Part shown: positions 1-10,308 of the stretch, one piece after another
Layout: each line of letters begins with the position of its first letter
Position numbering within the stretch: the stretch's first letter is position 1
Source of the DNA: an uncultured delta proteobacterium
Lineage (GTDB): Bacteria; Myxococcota_A; Polyangia; Fen-1088
Direction: 5' to 3'
Length of the DNA stretch: 64,000 nt
Assembly: GCA_963737265.1 (NCBI GenBank)
Contig: CAVTRY010000011.1
Span: 288,001 to 352,000, forward strand
Notes under the pieces: generated by a model
Seen by the model: only the letters and a program-made list of their open reading frames with translations
Told to the model about the DNA's origin: nothing
Databases searched by the model: none
Made by a program: the position numbers and the translations under genes

Positions 1-4
1 CTAC

Positions 5-1477
5 TTGCTCGTCGGTTTCGCCTTCGCGCTGGTGCCGGATCCGATCCTGTCGGCCATCAATTCCCTTTCCCGCGCGGTCACGCCCGGGTTGCCTGAGACG
101 GCGCCGTCTCAGGAGAGATTCTGGGTTGCCCTGGCCTTCTCGATGATGATGACCATCACCGCGTTGTGTTTCATCGCCGCGCACAACGTTCGTCGCAACA
201 AAGGCTACGTCGTTTGCCTGCTGATTTCGAAGGCGGCCTCGACCCTCTCGGCCTTGGCCTTCTTCGTCCTTTCCGAACACCAGCTCGCCAGTCTGGTGAT
301 CGTGGCGGTCGACGGCTCGATCTTCTGGATCACGCTTGCGTTCTTCCTGCGCGCCCAACGTGCGTTCTTTCGCGACCAGACGGATTTCTTGAACAAAAAG
401 CCCCCCACACCGCCCAGTTCCGGACCCACGACGGTTGCCGCTATTTGCGGCGGCGACAAGCTCGACTGCTTGGACAAGGTTTTGGCCGAGACCGACTTCT
501 TCGACGTACTGGAGAAGCGTTGGGCTGCCTCGGGCAAGGCGCGCGACGCCTTCAGCGTCGTCATCAAGCCGAACTTCATGTTCACGCACTCGAAGAGCGA
601 CACGTCGTCGTATACGGATCCAGCCCTGGTCGAGGCCCTGGTCGACCGCATCGCCGCCAAGGGCTTTACGCGCGTCACGCTGGTCGAGGCGCAGAGTACC
701 TATGGAAACTACTATCGCAACCGCGAGGTCGTGAAGGTCGCAGAGCACGTCGGCTATGCGCGCAATCGGAACTACGGCATCGTCGATCTGACGGAGGAGA
801 TGGTTCCGCACGACTACGGAGGTCGCCTGGGCAAACACGTCATCGGCCCGACCTGGCGCGACGCCGATTTCCGCATCTCGTTTGCCAAGAACAAGACCCA
901 CATCTTCTGCAACTACACCCTCACGCTGAAAAACGTCTACGGCACGCTGCCGATGCAGAACAAGCTGAAGGAGTACCACACCAAACGTGAGTACGATTGG
1001 CCCACCATCGAGACGCTGAAGCACTTCCCGGTTCACTACGGCCTCGTCGACGCCTTCACCAGCGCGGATGGTCAGTTCGGTGTCATCACCGACCCCAAGC
1101 CCAACCCGACCCGAACCATCATCGGCGGGGAGAACCTGCTGGCGGTCGACTGGGTCGGGGCGAAAAAGATGGGTCTCGATCCCGACGATCCCAGCGTTGG
1201 GCGCTTCCTTCCGCTCGCGGTGCAGGCTTTCGGAAAGCCTGAGATTCGCTGGGTCGGCGATACGTCGACCTACGAAAATTGGCACAACGTCAACGCCGCA
1301 TTCATCCGCTCGCTCGATCTGGTGGAAGAGGCGTACGCCTTTAGTAACTGGTGGTTCTCGGTCCTCACGGCGATGGATCCCTACTTCGCCTTCAAGATAA
1401 GAGCCTGGCCGATTCTCGTGATGCGCAGGTTGCTCGCGCCTTTCAAACGCTTGCTCTATCCCCACGACGCCCTCTAG
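5..1477 (+). CDS. DUF362 family protein with N-terminal multi-TM region (probably 5'-truncated by window edge)
   Basis: Hydrophobic helices in the first ~115 aa, then DUF362-like motifs VVIKPN, YTDPALV, AKNKTH, LTLKNVYG and LAVD. Confidence 0.7.
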   Translation: MLVGFAFALVPDPILSAINSLSRAVTPGLPETAPSQERFWVALAFSMMMTITALCFIAAHNVRRNKGYVVCLLISKAASTLSALAFFVLSEHQLASLVIVAVDGSIFWITLAFFLRAQRAFFRDQTDFLNKKPPTPPSSGPTTVAAICGGDKLDCLDKVLAETDFFDVLEKRWAASGKARDAFSVVIKPNFMFTHSKSDTSSYTDPALVEALVDRIAAKGFTRVTLVEAQSTYGNYYRNREVVKVAEHVGYARNRNYGIVDLTEEMVPHDYGGRLGKHVIGPTWRDADFRISFAKNKTHIFCNYTLTLKNVYGTLPMQNKLKEYHTKREYDWPTIETLKHFPVHYGLVDAFTSADGQFGVITDPKPNPTRTIIGGENLLAVDWVGAKKMGLDPDDPSVGRFLPLAVQAFGKPEIRWVGDTSTYENWHNVNAAFIRSLDLVEEAYAFSNWWFSVLTAMDPYFAFKIRAWPILVMRRLLAPFKRLLYPHDAL

Positions 1478-1481
1478 CCGC

Positions 1482-1523
1482 GCGGAGCCCACGGAGCGCA
1501 AGAAGCGCGCGGAGCGCACGGAG
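1482..1523. repeat. Degenerate 9-bp tandem repeat (consensus RCGGAGCGC, ~4.7 copies)
   Basis: GCGGAGCCC ACGGAGCGC AAGAAGCGC GCGGAGCGC ACGGAG in the intergenic space. Confidence 0.55.
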
Positions 1524-1627
1524 ATCAATGGACAGCGACGTGCGCTTCAGAAGGCCCTGCCTGGCATATTATTGTTCCTGCCGTCGCCATGATACGGTAG
1601 CAGACGGCTCGGGAATTTTGGTGCATC

Positions 1628-4600
1628 ATGATGTTCGCGGGAATATCGAGATTCAAGCCTGTCCGTCTCCTCGGCACCGGGGGGATGGGCAGCGTGCACC
1701 TAGTTCATGACGAGCAGCTTGGCACCGAGGTCGCGCTCAAGACCCTCAATCTGTTGGGCGGAAAGGATCTCTACCGATTCAAGCGCGAATTCCGATCCCT
1801 GGCGGACATCAAGCACCCGAACCTGGTGACGCTGTACGAGCTCATCTCGGAGAACGCGCAGTGGTTCTTTACGATGGAATACGTGGCGGGGTTGCCGTTC
1901 GATCGCTACCTGCTCGCGCAGCCTTTCCTGCCTCCCTCGGCGGGAGCCTTGCCTGCGGCGCAGCCAGAACCTCCTGATCTGTCCTCGCAGGCGAACCATC
2001 AGCGCATGTTTTGTGCGATCCAGCAGCTTTGCGCCGGAGTTCATGCCGTCCACGAGGCCGGGTCTATTCATCGCGATCTGAAACCATCCAACGTGCTGGT
2101 GACCGCCGAGGGCCGGGTTGTGATTTTGGATTTCGGATTGGCCAAGCAAACGGGCAGCCATTCCTTGTCCGACGAAGGATTGTCGGGGACTCCGGCCTAC
2201 ATGGCCCCCGAGCAGGCTCTAGAGAAGGAGTGTCTGCCGGCTGCGGACTGGTATGCCGTGGGAACAATGATCTACGAGGTATTGACGGGCCGTTGTCCCT
2301 TCGAAGGTACCTTGCTCGAAGTTCTACTCAAGAAACAATCGGAAGACCCACCCGCCCCGTGCCAAATCAACAAGCGCGCCGACGAGCTGCTGAGCGATCT
2401 GTGTATGGAGCTTATCCAGCGCGATCCGGCCAAGCGCCCGACTGGCGCGGAAATTCTCGTGCAACTCGGCGCCGTGTACCGCAAGCCCGTGCTGGCCCAG
2501 ACCGGCCACCTCACCCCGATCGGCATGCCCGCGCAGAGTGTGCTTGGCCGCGAGGCGGAGTTGCAGGCCCTCTATCGCGCCTACGCATCGATGCGCAAGG
2601 GGAACCTTGCCGTGGTGGCGGTGCAAGGAACCTCCGGGATCGGCAAGACCTGCCTCGTCGAGAGCTTTCTCGAGGACGTGCTGAGCTCGGGTCCGGCGTC
2701 CTTGCGCCCGCTGGTGTTGCGCGGGCGCTGTCACGAGCGCGAAACCTTGCCGTTCAAGGCTTTCGACAGCGTCGTCGATGCCTTGAGCTATCGCTTAGCC
2801 AACCTCACTGGAGACGATCAGGCCTACGTCTTGCCGGACGGCATCTTGTACCTGTCCGAAATATTCCCGGTCTTACGCAGGCTCAAGCTCATCGAGCAAG
2901 AACGCTACTTCTTGCCACCCCTGCGTGACGCCAAGGAGTTGCGCAACCAAGCGTTTGTTGCCTTTTGCGATCTGCTGGTGCGTATGGCGCGCATGCAACC
3001 TGTGGTTGTTTTCATCGATGATTTACAGTGGGCAGACCGTGACAGTTGTGCCCTCTTGCGCACCTTGGTGCAGCAGCCAGGCGCGCCGGCCTTGCTCCTC
3101 GTCGTGAGCAGTCGTCTTGTCGCCGACGGCAGCCCAGGCATCATCGGAGCCCTGTTGCAGGAATTCGAGCAACGGCCCGACGCGGAAACCATCACCTTGG
3201 GTCCGCTTTCGGTAGACAACACCCGAGCCCTGGCAGATTGCCTAATCGATGGCAACGAGATGGTGGCGGCGGTTCGGCAGCGCATCGCCGACACCGTCGC
3301 CAGCGAAGCGGGCGGCAATCCATTTTTTGCCGTCGAGCTCGTGCAACATCTTCTTAGCATGATCTTGCCCGAAGGTGGATTGACGGTGCCGTCCGATGAA
3401 AACGGTCTCGGCTTGGATGGGATGATTCTCAAACGGGTTGGCAGCTTGCCCGAGGAAAGTCAACGCATGCTAGAGGTCATCGCCGTGGCGAGCGATCCCT
3501 TGCCCCAGCGGGCGCTCGCCTGTGCCGTTGGCGTTGCCTTCGGGTCCGAGGAATGGGAACGAGGGATCTCCGCGCTCATCGAGGGGCGCCTGATCAGCCG
3601 CAGGGGCAGGCAGGGATCGGACGTCGTGGAGGTCTACCACGATCGCATCGGCGAAACAGTCGTGGCCCATCTCGATGAAGCAGTCTTGCGACAGGTGCAC
3701 TACCAGCTAGCCCAGGCCGTCGAGCAGTGTGATCGCCTACGAACGGATATGTTGGCCCGCTACTGGCTTTCGGCCCACGACAACGAGCGGGCCAAACGCT
3801 ACGCCTGCGACGCCGCTGCCGAGGCTCTCGGCAAGCTGGCGTTCGATCGTGCCGCCGAGCTCTACGAGACCGCCGCCGCATTGGAATCCGACCATGAGGC
3901 AAGAACCGAATTGCTGCGCTCCCTCGGGGATTGCCGCGCAAGCAACGGACACGCCATTTTGGCCGCGGCGGCCTATCAGCGAGCCGCCGAGAACACTAGC
4001 ACTGTTCAATCGCTGCGGCTGCACCATCTGGCGGCCGAGCAACTTCTACGGGGCGGCCAGATCGCCCAGGGCCTCGAGGTCCTCAAGGATGTGTTGAGAC
4101 AGTCCGGACTTTCCCTGGCCTCGGGCCCGCGGCGCGCCCTCCTGTCCATTGCGTGGCGCCTGCTGTGGTTGCGCCTGCGTGGGATGAGGTTCGTGGAACG
4201 GCCCGTGTCGAGCATTTCCCCTAAGAACAAGCGACTGCTGGATGTGCTTTGGTCGGTGAATATCGGCCTTGGGGTTGTGGATACCCTTCGCGCGGACGAC
4301 TTTCTGCTGCGTTTTCTGATGCTCGCTCTCAAGGTGGGGGACATTCGGCGGGTTGCCCAGGGGCTTTCGATTCTGGCGGGGCAGCTTGCGGCGCTTGGTA
4401 GCTCGCATTTTGGCTGGGCCATGCGCATCCTGTCCGAGGCAGAAGTGCTGGCGCGGCGCTCGGCGGATCCCGCCACCATTGGCTTGGCCAGAATGTGCAA
4501 GGGCGTGTACCGCTATTTCGTCGGGGAGTGGGATGCCGCGGCCAACGAGCTTTGCGCCGTCGAACAGTACTTCCTCAGTCATTGCCACGGCGTGAGTTGG

Positions 4601-5407
4601 GAGCTTGCCACCACGCGCTCGTTTGCGTGTTTCTCGTTGCGCCTGGCGGGAAGGCTCCGCGAACTGTGCGAGCGCTTCGATCGCTACACGGCCGACGCCG
4701 ATCGCACCGGCGACCGCTACTTGGCCACCAACTTACGCACCTACCCATCGGTTGTGTGGATGATCCGAGACGACGTTGCACGTGCGAGCAAGGACATTGA
4801 GGGAATATTGGACGCCTGGCCTGCCGACATGTATCAGGTGCAGCACTTCTTTTACCTCTATGCACGCTGTGAACACGCTATCTACGCCGGCCGCCCCGAG
4901 GTGGCGTCTCGGGCCATCCTCGACGAGACGCCGAAACTTCGACGGGCGGGACTGCTCAAGCTGAGAGGCCTTCGGGTAGAATACGCATGGATCTGCGGTC
5001 GCGTTGCAGTGGCCGCGGCTGAGGGTATCCCCGAAGGGGAACGTCTCCCGCATCTTCGCCAGGCCCAACAATGCGTGCGCTTCTTGAGCGAAGCCGAACA
5101 TCAGACCGCGGTGGCCATGGGCGCCGCTATCGAAGCGGGCGTACACTGGCTTTCGCCTGGGGCAGATCGTAGTGCGGCCCTGGTCGCCCTCGATCGTGCA
5201 GTGGCGACCGCCGAAGCCGCCGGTGCTATTCTGCTGGCGGAGGCAGGGCGCAGGTGGTTGGGTGAAATCATTGGGGGACGCCGTGGCGAAGAACTTCGCA
5301 TTCGGTCTCACGGCTGGATGGCCGAACAAGGCGTGCGAAACCCCGCCCGCCTAGCGTACCTTGTCGTACCGGGCTTCCGTGGGCGCGATTCGAAGCCCGT
5401 TTCTTGA
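1628..5407 (+). CDS. Hanks-type Ser/Thr kinase fused to AAA_16/STAND-like ATPase and helical repeat region
   Basis: LGTGGMG, VALK, HRDLKPSN, DFG and APE kinase motifs; Walker A GTSGIGKT; Walker B VFIDDLQWAD; GGNPFF motif. Confidence 0.92.
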   Translation: MMFAGISRFKPVRLLGTGGMGSVHLVHDEQLGTEVALKTLNLLGGKDLYRFKREFRSLADIKHPNLVTLYELISENAQWFFTMEYVAGLPFDRYLLAQPFLPPSAGALPAAQPEPPDLSSQANHQRMFCAIQQLCAGVHAVHEAGSIHRDLKPSNVLVTAEGRVVILDFGLAKQTGSHSLSDEGLSGTPAYMAPEQALEKECLPAADWYAVGTMIYEVLTGRCPFEGTLLEVLLKKQSEDPPAPCQINKRADELLSDLCMELIQRDPAKRPTGAEILVQLGAVYRKPVLAQTGHLTPIGMPAQSVLGREAELQALYRAYASMRKGNLAVVAVQGTSGIGKTCLVESFLEDVLSSGPASLRPLVLRGRCHERETLPFKAFDSVVDALSYRLANLTGDDQAYVLPDGILYLSEIFPVLRRLKLIEQERYFLPPLRDAKELRNQAFVAFCDLLVRMARMQPVVVFIDDLQWADRDSCALLRTLVQQPGAPALLLVVSSRLVADGSPGIIGALLQEFEQRPDAETITLGPLSVDNTRALADCLIDGNEMVAAVRQRIADTVASEAGGNPFFAVELVQHLLSMILPEGGLTVPSDENGLGLDGMILKRVGSLPEESQRMLEVIAVASDPLPQRALACAVGVAFGSEEWERGISALIEGRLISRRGRQGSDVVEVYHDRIGETVVAHLDEAVLRQVHYQLAQAVEQCDRLRTDMLARYWLSAHDNERAKRYACDAAAEALGKLAFDRAAELYETAAALESDHEARTELLRSLGDCRASNGHAILAAAAYQRAAENTSTVQSLRLHHLAAEQLLRGGQIAQGLEVLKDVLRQSGLSLASGPRRALLSIAWRLLWLRLRGMRFVERPVSSISPKNKRLLDVLWSVNIGLGVVDTLRADDFLLRFLMLALKVGDIRRVAQGLSILAGQLAALGSSHFGWAMRILSEAEVLARRSADPATIGLARMCKGVYRYFVGEWDAAANELCAVEQYFLSHCHGVSWELATTRSFACFSLRLAGRLRELCERFDRYTADADRTGDRYLATNLRTYPSVVWMIRDDVARASKDIEGILDAWPADMYQVQHFFYLYARCEHAIYAGRPEVASRAILDETPKLRRAGLLKLRGLRVEYAWICGRVAVAAAEGIPEGERLPHLRQAQQCVRFLSEAEHQTAVAMGAAIEAGVHWLSPGADRSAALVALDRAVATAEAAGAILLAEAGRRWLGEIIGGRRGEELRIRSHGWMAEQGVRNPARLAYLVVPGFRGRDSKPVS

Positions 5408-5645
5408 ACTGTTTCGTCACGCGGCGATGATCGACGTGGCACGGTTCAGTGCGCGAGCGTGAAGCCTGGCGCCACAGGTGGCGTGCGGAGCAGTCGCTCG
5501 TGCCCTGGGGCGCGGAGGGCGTCGGCAATCCCGGGCTCGGCGTGGGCTGAAACACTATTGTTGCAAATCCTTTCGTGCGGTGGGGAATCGAACCAGCGAA
5601 ACCGTCGATTCACATTGCATTCCACAGCTCTATCGGAGGCCAAGC

Positions 5646-7739
5646 GTGATCAAGCTCAACGCAAAACTGCTCGTCGTATTCATGTCCGCCAGTGTCGCAG
5701 CCTGCAACGCCGGAGCATCGGGCGGTGGTGACAATGCAAACGGTGCCCTTGGCCGCGTGGAGCTTCAGCTCCAAGCTGTGCCGGGTATCTTCTTGAACAC
5801 CTTGGCCTATTCGACCACTGGTCCGCATTCCTACTCGGGCAACGTGGATGTCTCGCACTCCGCGACGATCAGCGCGGTCATCGGCAACATCGCCGCTGGA
5901 TCGCCCTACACCCTGACCCTCACGGGAACGGCCACCGACGGAACGACAACCTGCACGGGAACCTCGGCGCCCTTCGCCGTGACGGCGTCGATGACGACCG
6001 CGGTCGCGGTGCATCTCGACTGCAAGCTGGCGCACAACACCGGAAGCATCTCGGTGACCGGCCAAATCAACGTCTGTGCGAACGTCGCCGGTGTCAGCGC
6101 GAATGCGCCTGTTGGCAACACCATCGCGCTTTCCAGCACGGCCACCGACCCCGACAGCGGTCCGGGTCCAATCTCGTATTCGTGGACCGCCAGCGGCGGA
6201 ACGCTGAGCAGCACGACCGTCGCGAACCCGACCTTCGCGTGCAGTGGCCCGGGAAACGTCTCGCTTGCCCTAACGGTGAGCGACGGGGATCCGGGTTGCG
6301 GCGACACCTTCGATCTCCAGCTGACTTGCCCGCCGGACTCGGCCGTCGGCGCACAGGCGTGGGTCGAAATCGGCGCGAGCAGCCAGGCCATTGCGCGGCT
6401 CATCACACCGTACACCGTGTGCCCCTCGATCACGGTCGATGGGGTTTCGAGCGCCATGACCGTCCGAGCTCTGCCGGCTAGCCTTCCGATCCGGACGACC
6501 AGCACCGATGCGAGCCTCGCTGCAGCGATGACGTCGGGCAACTCCAAGCCCTCGATCTTCATGACGACAACGTGCGAGTTCCTTCTCCCCGCGGCAGCGA
6601 CCACGGCCAGCGTGGCCGGCATCAGCCTGCCGCTGCCGAAGCGGGTCGTCAACCGCGTGGTGATCCTCGGTGACACCGGGTGCCGCATTTCGATCGGAAA
6701 CGTCTACCAGGCCTGCGCCGATCCCACGCAGTGGCCCTTCTCCGTCATCTCGTCGGTGGCTGCGGCCATGCAGCCGGATCTCGTTCTTCACGTCGGCGAC
6801 TACGAGTACCGCGACAATCCCTGCCCTCCGGGCAACACGGCCTGCGCCGGACAGCCCTGGGGCTACGGATCCGACGCCTGGGCGGCGGACTTCTTTACGC
6901 CGGCGGCGCCCCTGCTTGCGGCGGCTCCGTGGGTCATGGTCCGCGGTAACCACGAGGTTTGCAACCGCGCCGGGCAGGGCTGGTATCGGTATCTCGATCC
7001 GAACCCGTTCGACGGCACCGACGTCAAGACCTGCGACATTCCGGCCAACGACAACGTGGGCAATTACAACGATCCATGGGCCGTCTCGTTCGGCGACACG
7101 CAGTTCATCGTGTTCGACTCGTCGAACACTTCAAAGAGCGTCTACTCGCCCCCTGCCTTCATGCCCTACACGACCGAGCTCGCCGAGGCGGCCAGCTTGG
7201 CGACCCCGAACATGCTGAACCTGTTCGCCGTCCACCACCCGGTCCTCGGCTACTCTGCGGGCAGCCCGCCGACGGTGGGTAACCCTGGTCTCCAGTCGGT
7301 GATGAACGCGGCTTACCCAGGCAATTACTACCCGCCCAACATCGCCATCGCCCTCCATGGCCACGTGCACGATTTCCAGGCCTTGGGCTTTTCCAGCAAC
7401 CACCCGGCGACCTTCGTCGCCGGCAACGGCGGCGACAACCTGGACGCCGCGCTGCCCGCCGTGTTCGACCCCAACTCCGATTTGCCGGCGGCGAACACCT
7501 TGGTCAACACGTTTGCCTTCTCGAACGGGTTCGGCTTCATGCTGATGGATCGCGTGGGCGCCGTTGGCCAGAAGGACTGGAAGTTTACGGCGTATCGCAC
7601 GAACGGCACGGTGATCGCGGTGTGTAGCATGGCGGCGCCGGTCGCCTGCAGCGGCGTGTGCGACAGCACCCCGGGTAGCCAGATCACCTGCACCGACGGC
7701 AGCGGCAGCACCGTCGGTACCTACAAGAACATCCCATAA
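5646..7739 (+). CDS. Lipoprotein calcineurin-like metallophosphoesterase with N-terminal Ig/PKD-like domains
   Basis: GGAGG RBS before GTG at 5646; lipobox VAAC; motifs GDTG, HVGDY, RGNHE, HHP and GHVH. Confidence 0.85.
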   Translation: MIKLNAKLLVVFMSASVAACNAGASGGGDNANGALGRVELQLQAVPGIFLNTLAYSTTGPHSYSGNVDVSHSATISAVIGNIAAGSPYTLTLTGTATDGTTTCTGTSAPFAVTASMTTAVAVHLDCKLAHNTGSISVTGQINVCANVAGVSANAPVGNTIALSSTATDPDSGPGPISYSWTASGGTLSSTTVANPTFACSGPGNVSLALTVSDGDPGCGDTFDLQLTCPPDSAVGAQAWVEIGASSQAIARLITPYTVCPSITVDGVSSAMTVRALPASLPIRTTSTDASLAAAMTSGNSKPSIFMTTTCEFLLPAAATTASVAGISLPLPKRVVNRVVILGDTGCRISIGNVYQACADPTQWPFSVISSVAAAMQPDLVLHVGDYEYRDNPCPPGNTACAGQPWGYGSDAWAADFFTPAAPLLAAAPWVMVRGNHEVCNRAGQGWYRYLDPNPFDGTDVKTCDIPANDNVGNYNDPWAVSFGDTQFIVFDSSNTSKSVYSPPAFMPYTTELAEAASLATPNMLNLFAVHHPVLGYSAGSPPTVGNPGLQSVMNAAYPGNYYPPNIAIALHGHVHDFQALGFSSNHPATFVAGNGGDNLDAALPAVFDPNSDLPAANTLVNTFAFSNGFGFMLMDRVGAVGQKDWKFTAYRTNGTVIAVCSMAAPVACSGVCDSTPGSQITCTDGSGSTVGTYKNIP

Positions 7740-7743
7740 CCGA

Positions 7744-9105
7744 ATGGAAGCAACATCCCGACGGCGCCTGGCAACGGGCGCCGCGTTTGTATGGGCGCTG
7801 GGGGCGTGCGGGAAAGGCGCGCCTTTGCCCTCGCCGAAGCCGACCCAAAAGCCGACAATCGAACAGGCGTGGGCCGCGGCGAAGGTGCCCAAGCTGTCCG
7901 GGACGCCCGTGATACCGGCCCGCCGCACCCATGTCCTTCCGGTACCACCTCGCCAGGGACCGTCGGACAATCCTGTGCTCGTGGCCCTCGGCAAGAAGAT
8001 CTTCTTTGACGAGCGCTTGTCGGAGCCGCCTGGGACGAGCTGCGCGAGCTGTCACGATCCGGCGCGTGCCTTCTCGGGAAGCCATGGCTCCGGCATCGGC
8101 GTACCGCTTGGCAGTCGACCTGGACGCTTCGCTCGGCGTACTACGCCGTCCATTCTATACATGAGGTACGTGCCCAAGTTCCATTTTTTCGAGGACGACG
8201 AAGTCCCCGTGCCTGAACCGCGCGGCGGTTTCTTCTGGGATGGGCGCTCCGACAGCGTTGCGGAGTTGGTGCGCCAGCCTCTCTTTAACCCCGACGAGAT
8301 GAACGCCGGGAGCCCGTCCCGCCTCGCCGCCAAGATCGTGCGCGGACTCTACGCGAAAGAATTCCAGACAGCGCTCGGCCGGTCCTCGGCGCCGGAAGCG
8401 ATCGTGCGCGGGGTCGGCGCGGCCATCGAAGCTTTCTTGAAGAGCGACGAGATGACGCCGGCAACCTCGAAGTACGATGCGTACGTGCGCGGCCAGGCGA
8501 CCCTGACGGAGCAAGAGCGGCTCGGCCTGGAGATATTCAAGGACCGCCGACGCGGTGCCTGCTCGGGGTGTCACCGCATGGCAGAAACGTCGACCAATCC
8601 GGCGGAATCGATGTTCAGCGATTATGGGTATGATGCGGTTGCCGTGCCCCGCAACCGCGATTTGCCGGGCAATCGAAATGCTTTGTCCTTCGATCTCGGC
8701 CTTTGCCAACGGAGGAACAAGGCGACACCTTCGGACGACAAAAGGTGGTGTTCGAGCTTTCGCACGCCGTCGCTGCGCAACGTCGCCGTTCGGGGCAGCT
8801 TCGGGCACAACGGCGTGTTCAAGACCCTGCGCGCGGTTGTGGAGTTCTACGCCCGGCGCGCGGTATCGCCCGGCCTCGTCTACCCGCCGGGGCAGAAGTT
8901 CGACGACGTGCCGCCGAGATACCGAGGCAACGTCAACATCTACTCTCCCATCTACAACAAACGGGAGGGCTCCCCGTCGCCGATGACCGATGAGGACATC
9001 GATGCGGTCGTGGCCTTTTTGGGGACGCTGACCGACGCGTCCTACGTGGCGGCGGCGGCGCGCGGGGGGGGCAGCACGCCGGTCGCGCAGTCGCCCGCGC
9101 GGTGA
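7744..9105 (+). CDS. Di-heme cytochrome c peroxidase, bCCP/MauG superfamily (BthA-like), lipoprotein
   Basis: Two CXXCH motifs (CASCH, CSGCH); LGKKIFFD.RLS, FWDGR, FRTPSLRNV, HNG and FDDVP..YRGNVN; lipobox LGAC. Confidence 0.88.
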   Translation: MEATSRRRLATGAAFVWALGACGKGAPLPSPKPTQKPTIEQAWAAAKVPKLSGTPVIPARRTHVLPVPPRQGPSDNPVLVALGKKIFFDERLSEPPGTSCASCHDPARAFSGSHGSGIGVPLGSRPGRFARRTTPSILYMRYVPKFHFFEDDEVPVPEPRGGFFWDGRSDSVAELVRQPLFNPDEMNAGSPSRLAAKIVRGLYAKEFQTALGRSSAPEAIVRGVGAAIEAFLKSDEMTPATSKYDAYVRGQATLTEQERLGLEIFKDRRRGACSGCHRMAETSTNPAESMFSDYGYDAVAVPRNRDLPGNRNALSFDLGLCQRRNKATPSDDKRWCSSFRTPSLRNVAVRGSFGHNGVFKTLRAVVEFYARRAVSPGLVYPPGQKFDDVPPRYRGNVNIYSPIYNKREGSPSPMTDEDIDAVVAFLGTLTDASYVAAAARGGGSTPVAQSPAR

Positions 9106-9118
9106 GAATACTGGCCAC

Positions 9119-10228
9119 ATGACGAGTCTCCTTGGGCGAGGGATCCAGCGCGCCACTGTTATCTCGGCGGCCGCGATCGGCCTGGCCACGTTGGCGCCCG
9201 AACGCCTCGCCTTAGCCCATGCCGTCGGCGTCTCCAGCGGCGAGTACCGTTTGGACGGCAACGTGCTCTACGGCGACATCGGGATGGCCGGTCGGGAGCT
9301 AGCCCGCTTGCTCCCCTCCATCGACTCGAACCACGACGGGGCGATCGACACCGATGAGCTGGCCGCGGGTCGCGAGGCCGTCGCGCGCGCCCTCGTGGGT
9401 GGCGTGACCGTGAACGCCGACGGAAGGGCTTGCCTCGGATCGCTAGCCCGGACGTGGGCGCTCGAGGCCGAGGGCGGCGTCGTCTTCCAGGTGCGCTACA
9501 CGTGCCCGGAGGTTCCTGGTCGGCTCACGCTGGCCGTGCCGATCCTCGACGCCCTAGCGCCGGGGCACCGCCACATGGCACGGGTTTTCCGTGCGGGCAG
9601 GGCACAGGTCAAAGTGCTCGACCGGTCCCACGCTATCTGGACCTTGGACGAGGCGATCCCGACTGAGAGCGCGGCCGGAATGGCTTGGTCGATGCTCAAG
9701 CTGGGGGTCGAGCACATCCTCACCGGCGCGGATCACCTGGTCTTCCTGCTAGGCCTCATCCTCGTGGGCGGGAGACTGCGCTCGCTGGTGGGTGTGGTGA
9801 CCGCCTTCACGCTCGCGCATTCGATCACGCTGGCGCTCGCATCTTTCTCCGTGCTCACGCCGAGTCCGCGCCTGGTCGAGCCGGCGATCGCATTGTCGAT
9901 CGCCTACGTCGGGGTCGAGAACTTCTTCGTCAAGGATGCGAGCAAGCGCTGGCGCATCACCTTCCCGTTCGGGCTCATCCACGGGTTCGGTTTCGCGGGC
10001 GCCCTGCGCGCGATATCCTTGCCCCGCGGACAGATCCCGACCGCGCTCGTCTCGTTCAACTTGGGCGTGGAGGTAGGCCAGTTCGCCGTTCTCGCCGTCG
10101 CGCTTCCCGTCATCCTGGCGGCGCGCCGCTCTCCTTGGTTCGGAGATCGGGGCGTGAAGGTGACGAGCGCTATGATTGCTGTCGTCGGAGCCGTGTTGTT
10201 CATCGTGCGCCTCGCGGCGCAACGGTAA
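9119..10228 (+). CDS. HupE/UreJ family membrane protein with periplasmic N-domain carrying an EF-hand-like loop
   Basis: Signal ending ALAH; DSNHDGAIDTDE; GVEHILTGADHLVFL, TAFTLAHSITL, FGLIHGFGFA and FNLGVE. Confidence 0.88.
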   Translation: MTSLLGRGIQRATVISAAAIGLATLAPERLALAHAVGVSSGEYRLDGNVLYGDIGMAGRELARLLPSIDSNHDGAIDTDELAAGREAVARALVGGVTVNADGRACLGSLARTWALEAEGGVVFQVRYTCPEVPGRLTLAVPILDALAPGHRHMARVFRAGRAQVKVLDRSHAIWTLDEAIPTESAAGMAWSMLKLGVEHILTGADHLVFLLGLILVGGRLRSLVGVVTAFTLAHSITLALASFSVLTPSPRLVEPAIALSIAYVGVENFFVKDASKRWRITFPFGLIHGFGFAGALRAISLPRGQIPTALVSFNLGVEVGQFAVLAVALPVILAARRSPWFGDRGVKVTSAMIAVVGAVLFIVRLAAQR

Positions 10229-10308
10229 AAGGTGTGCCTCGTTGGGTCGACAGGCGGCTCGCTGGCGGCTCATTCGCGAAGTCGCCGATCCGGCCTTATG
10301 ATGTTGCC

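Noticed and set aside
5437-5452. TGGCAC as a sigma-54 promoter for the phosphatase operon
   Set aside because: GG-to-GC spacing is 11 nt rather than the required 10.
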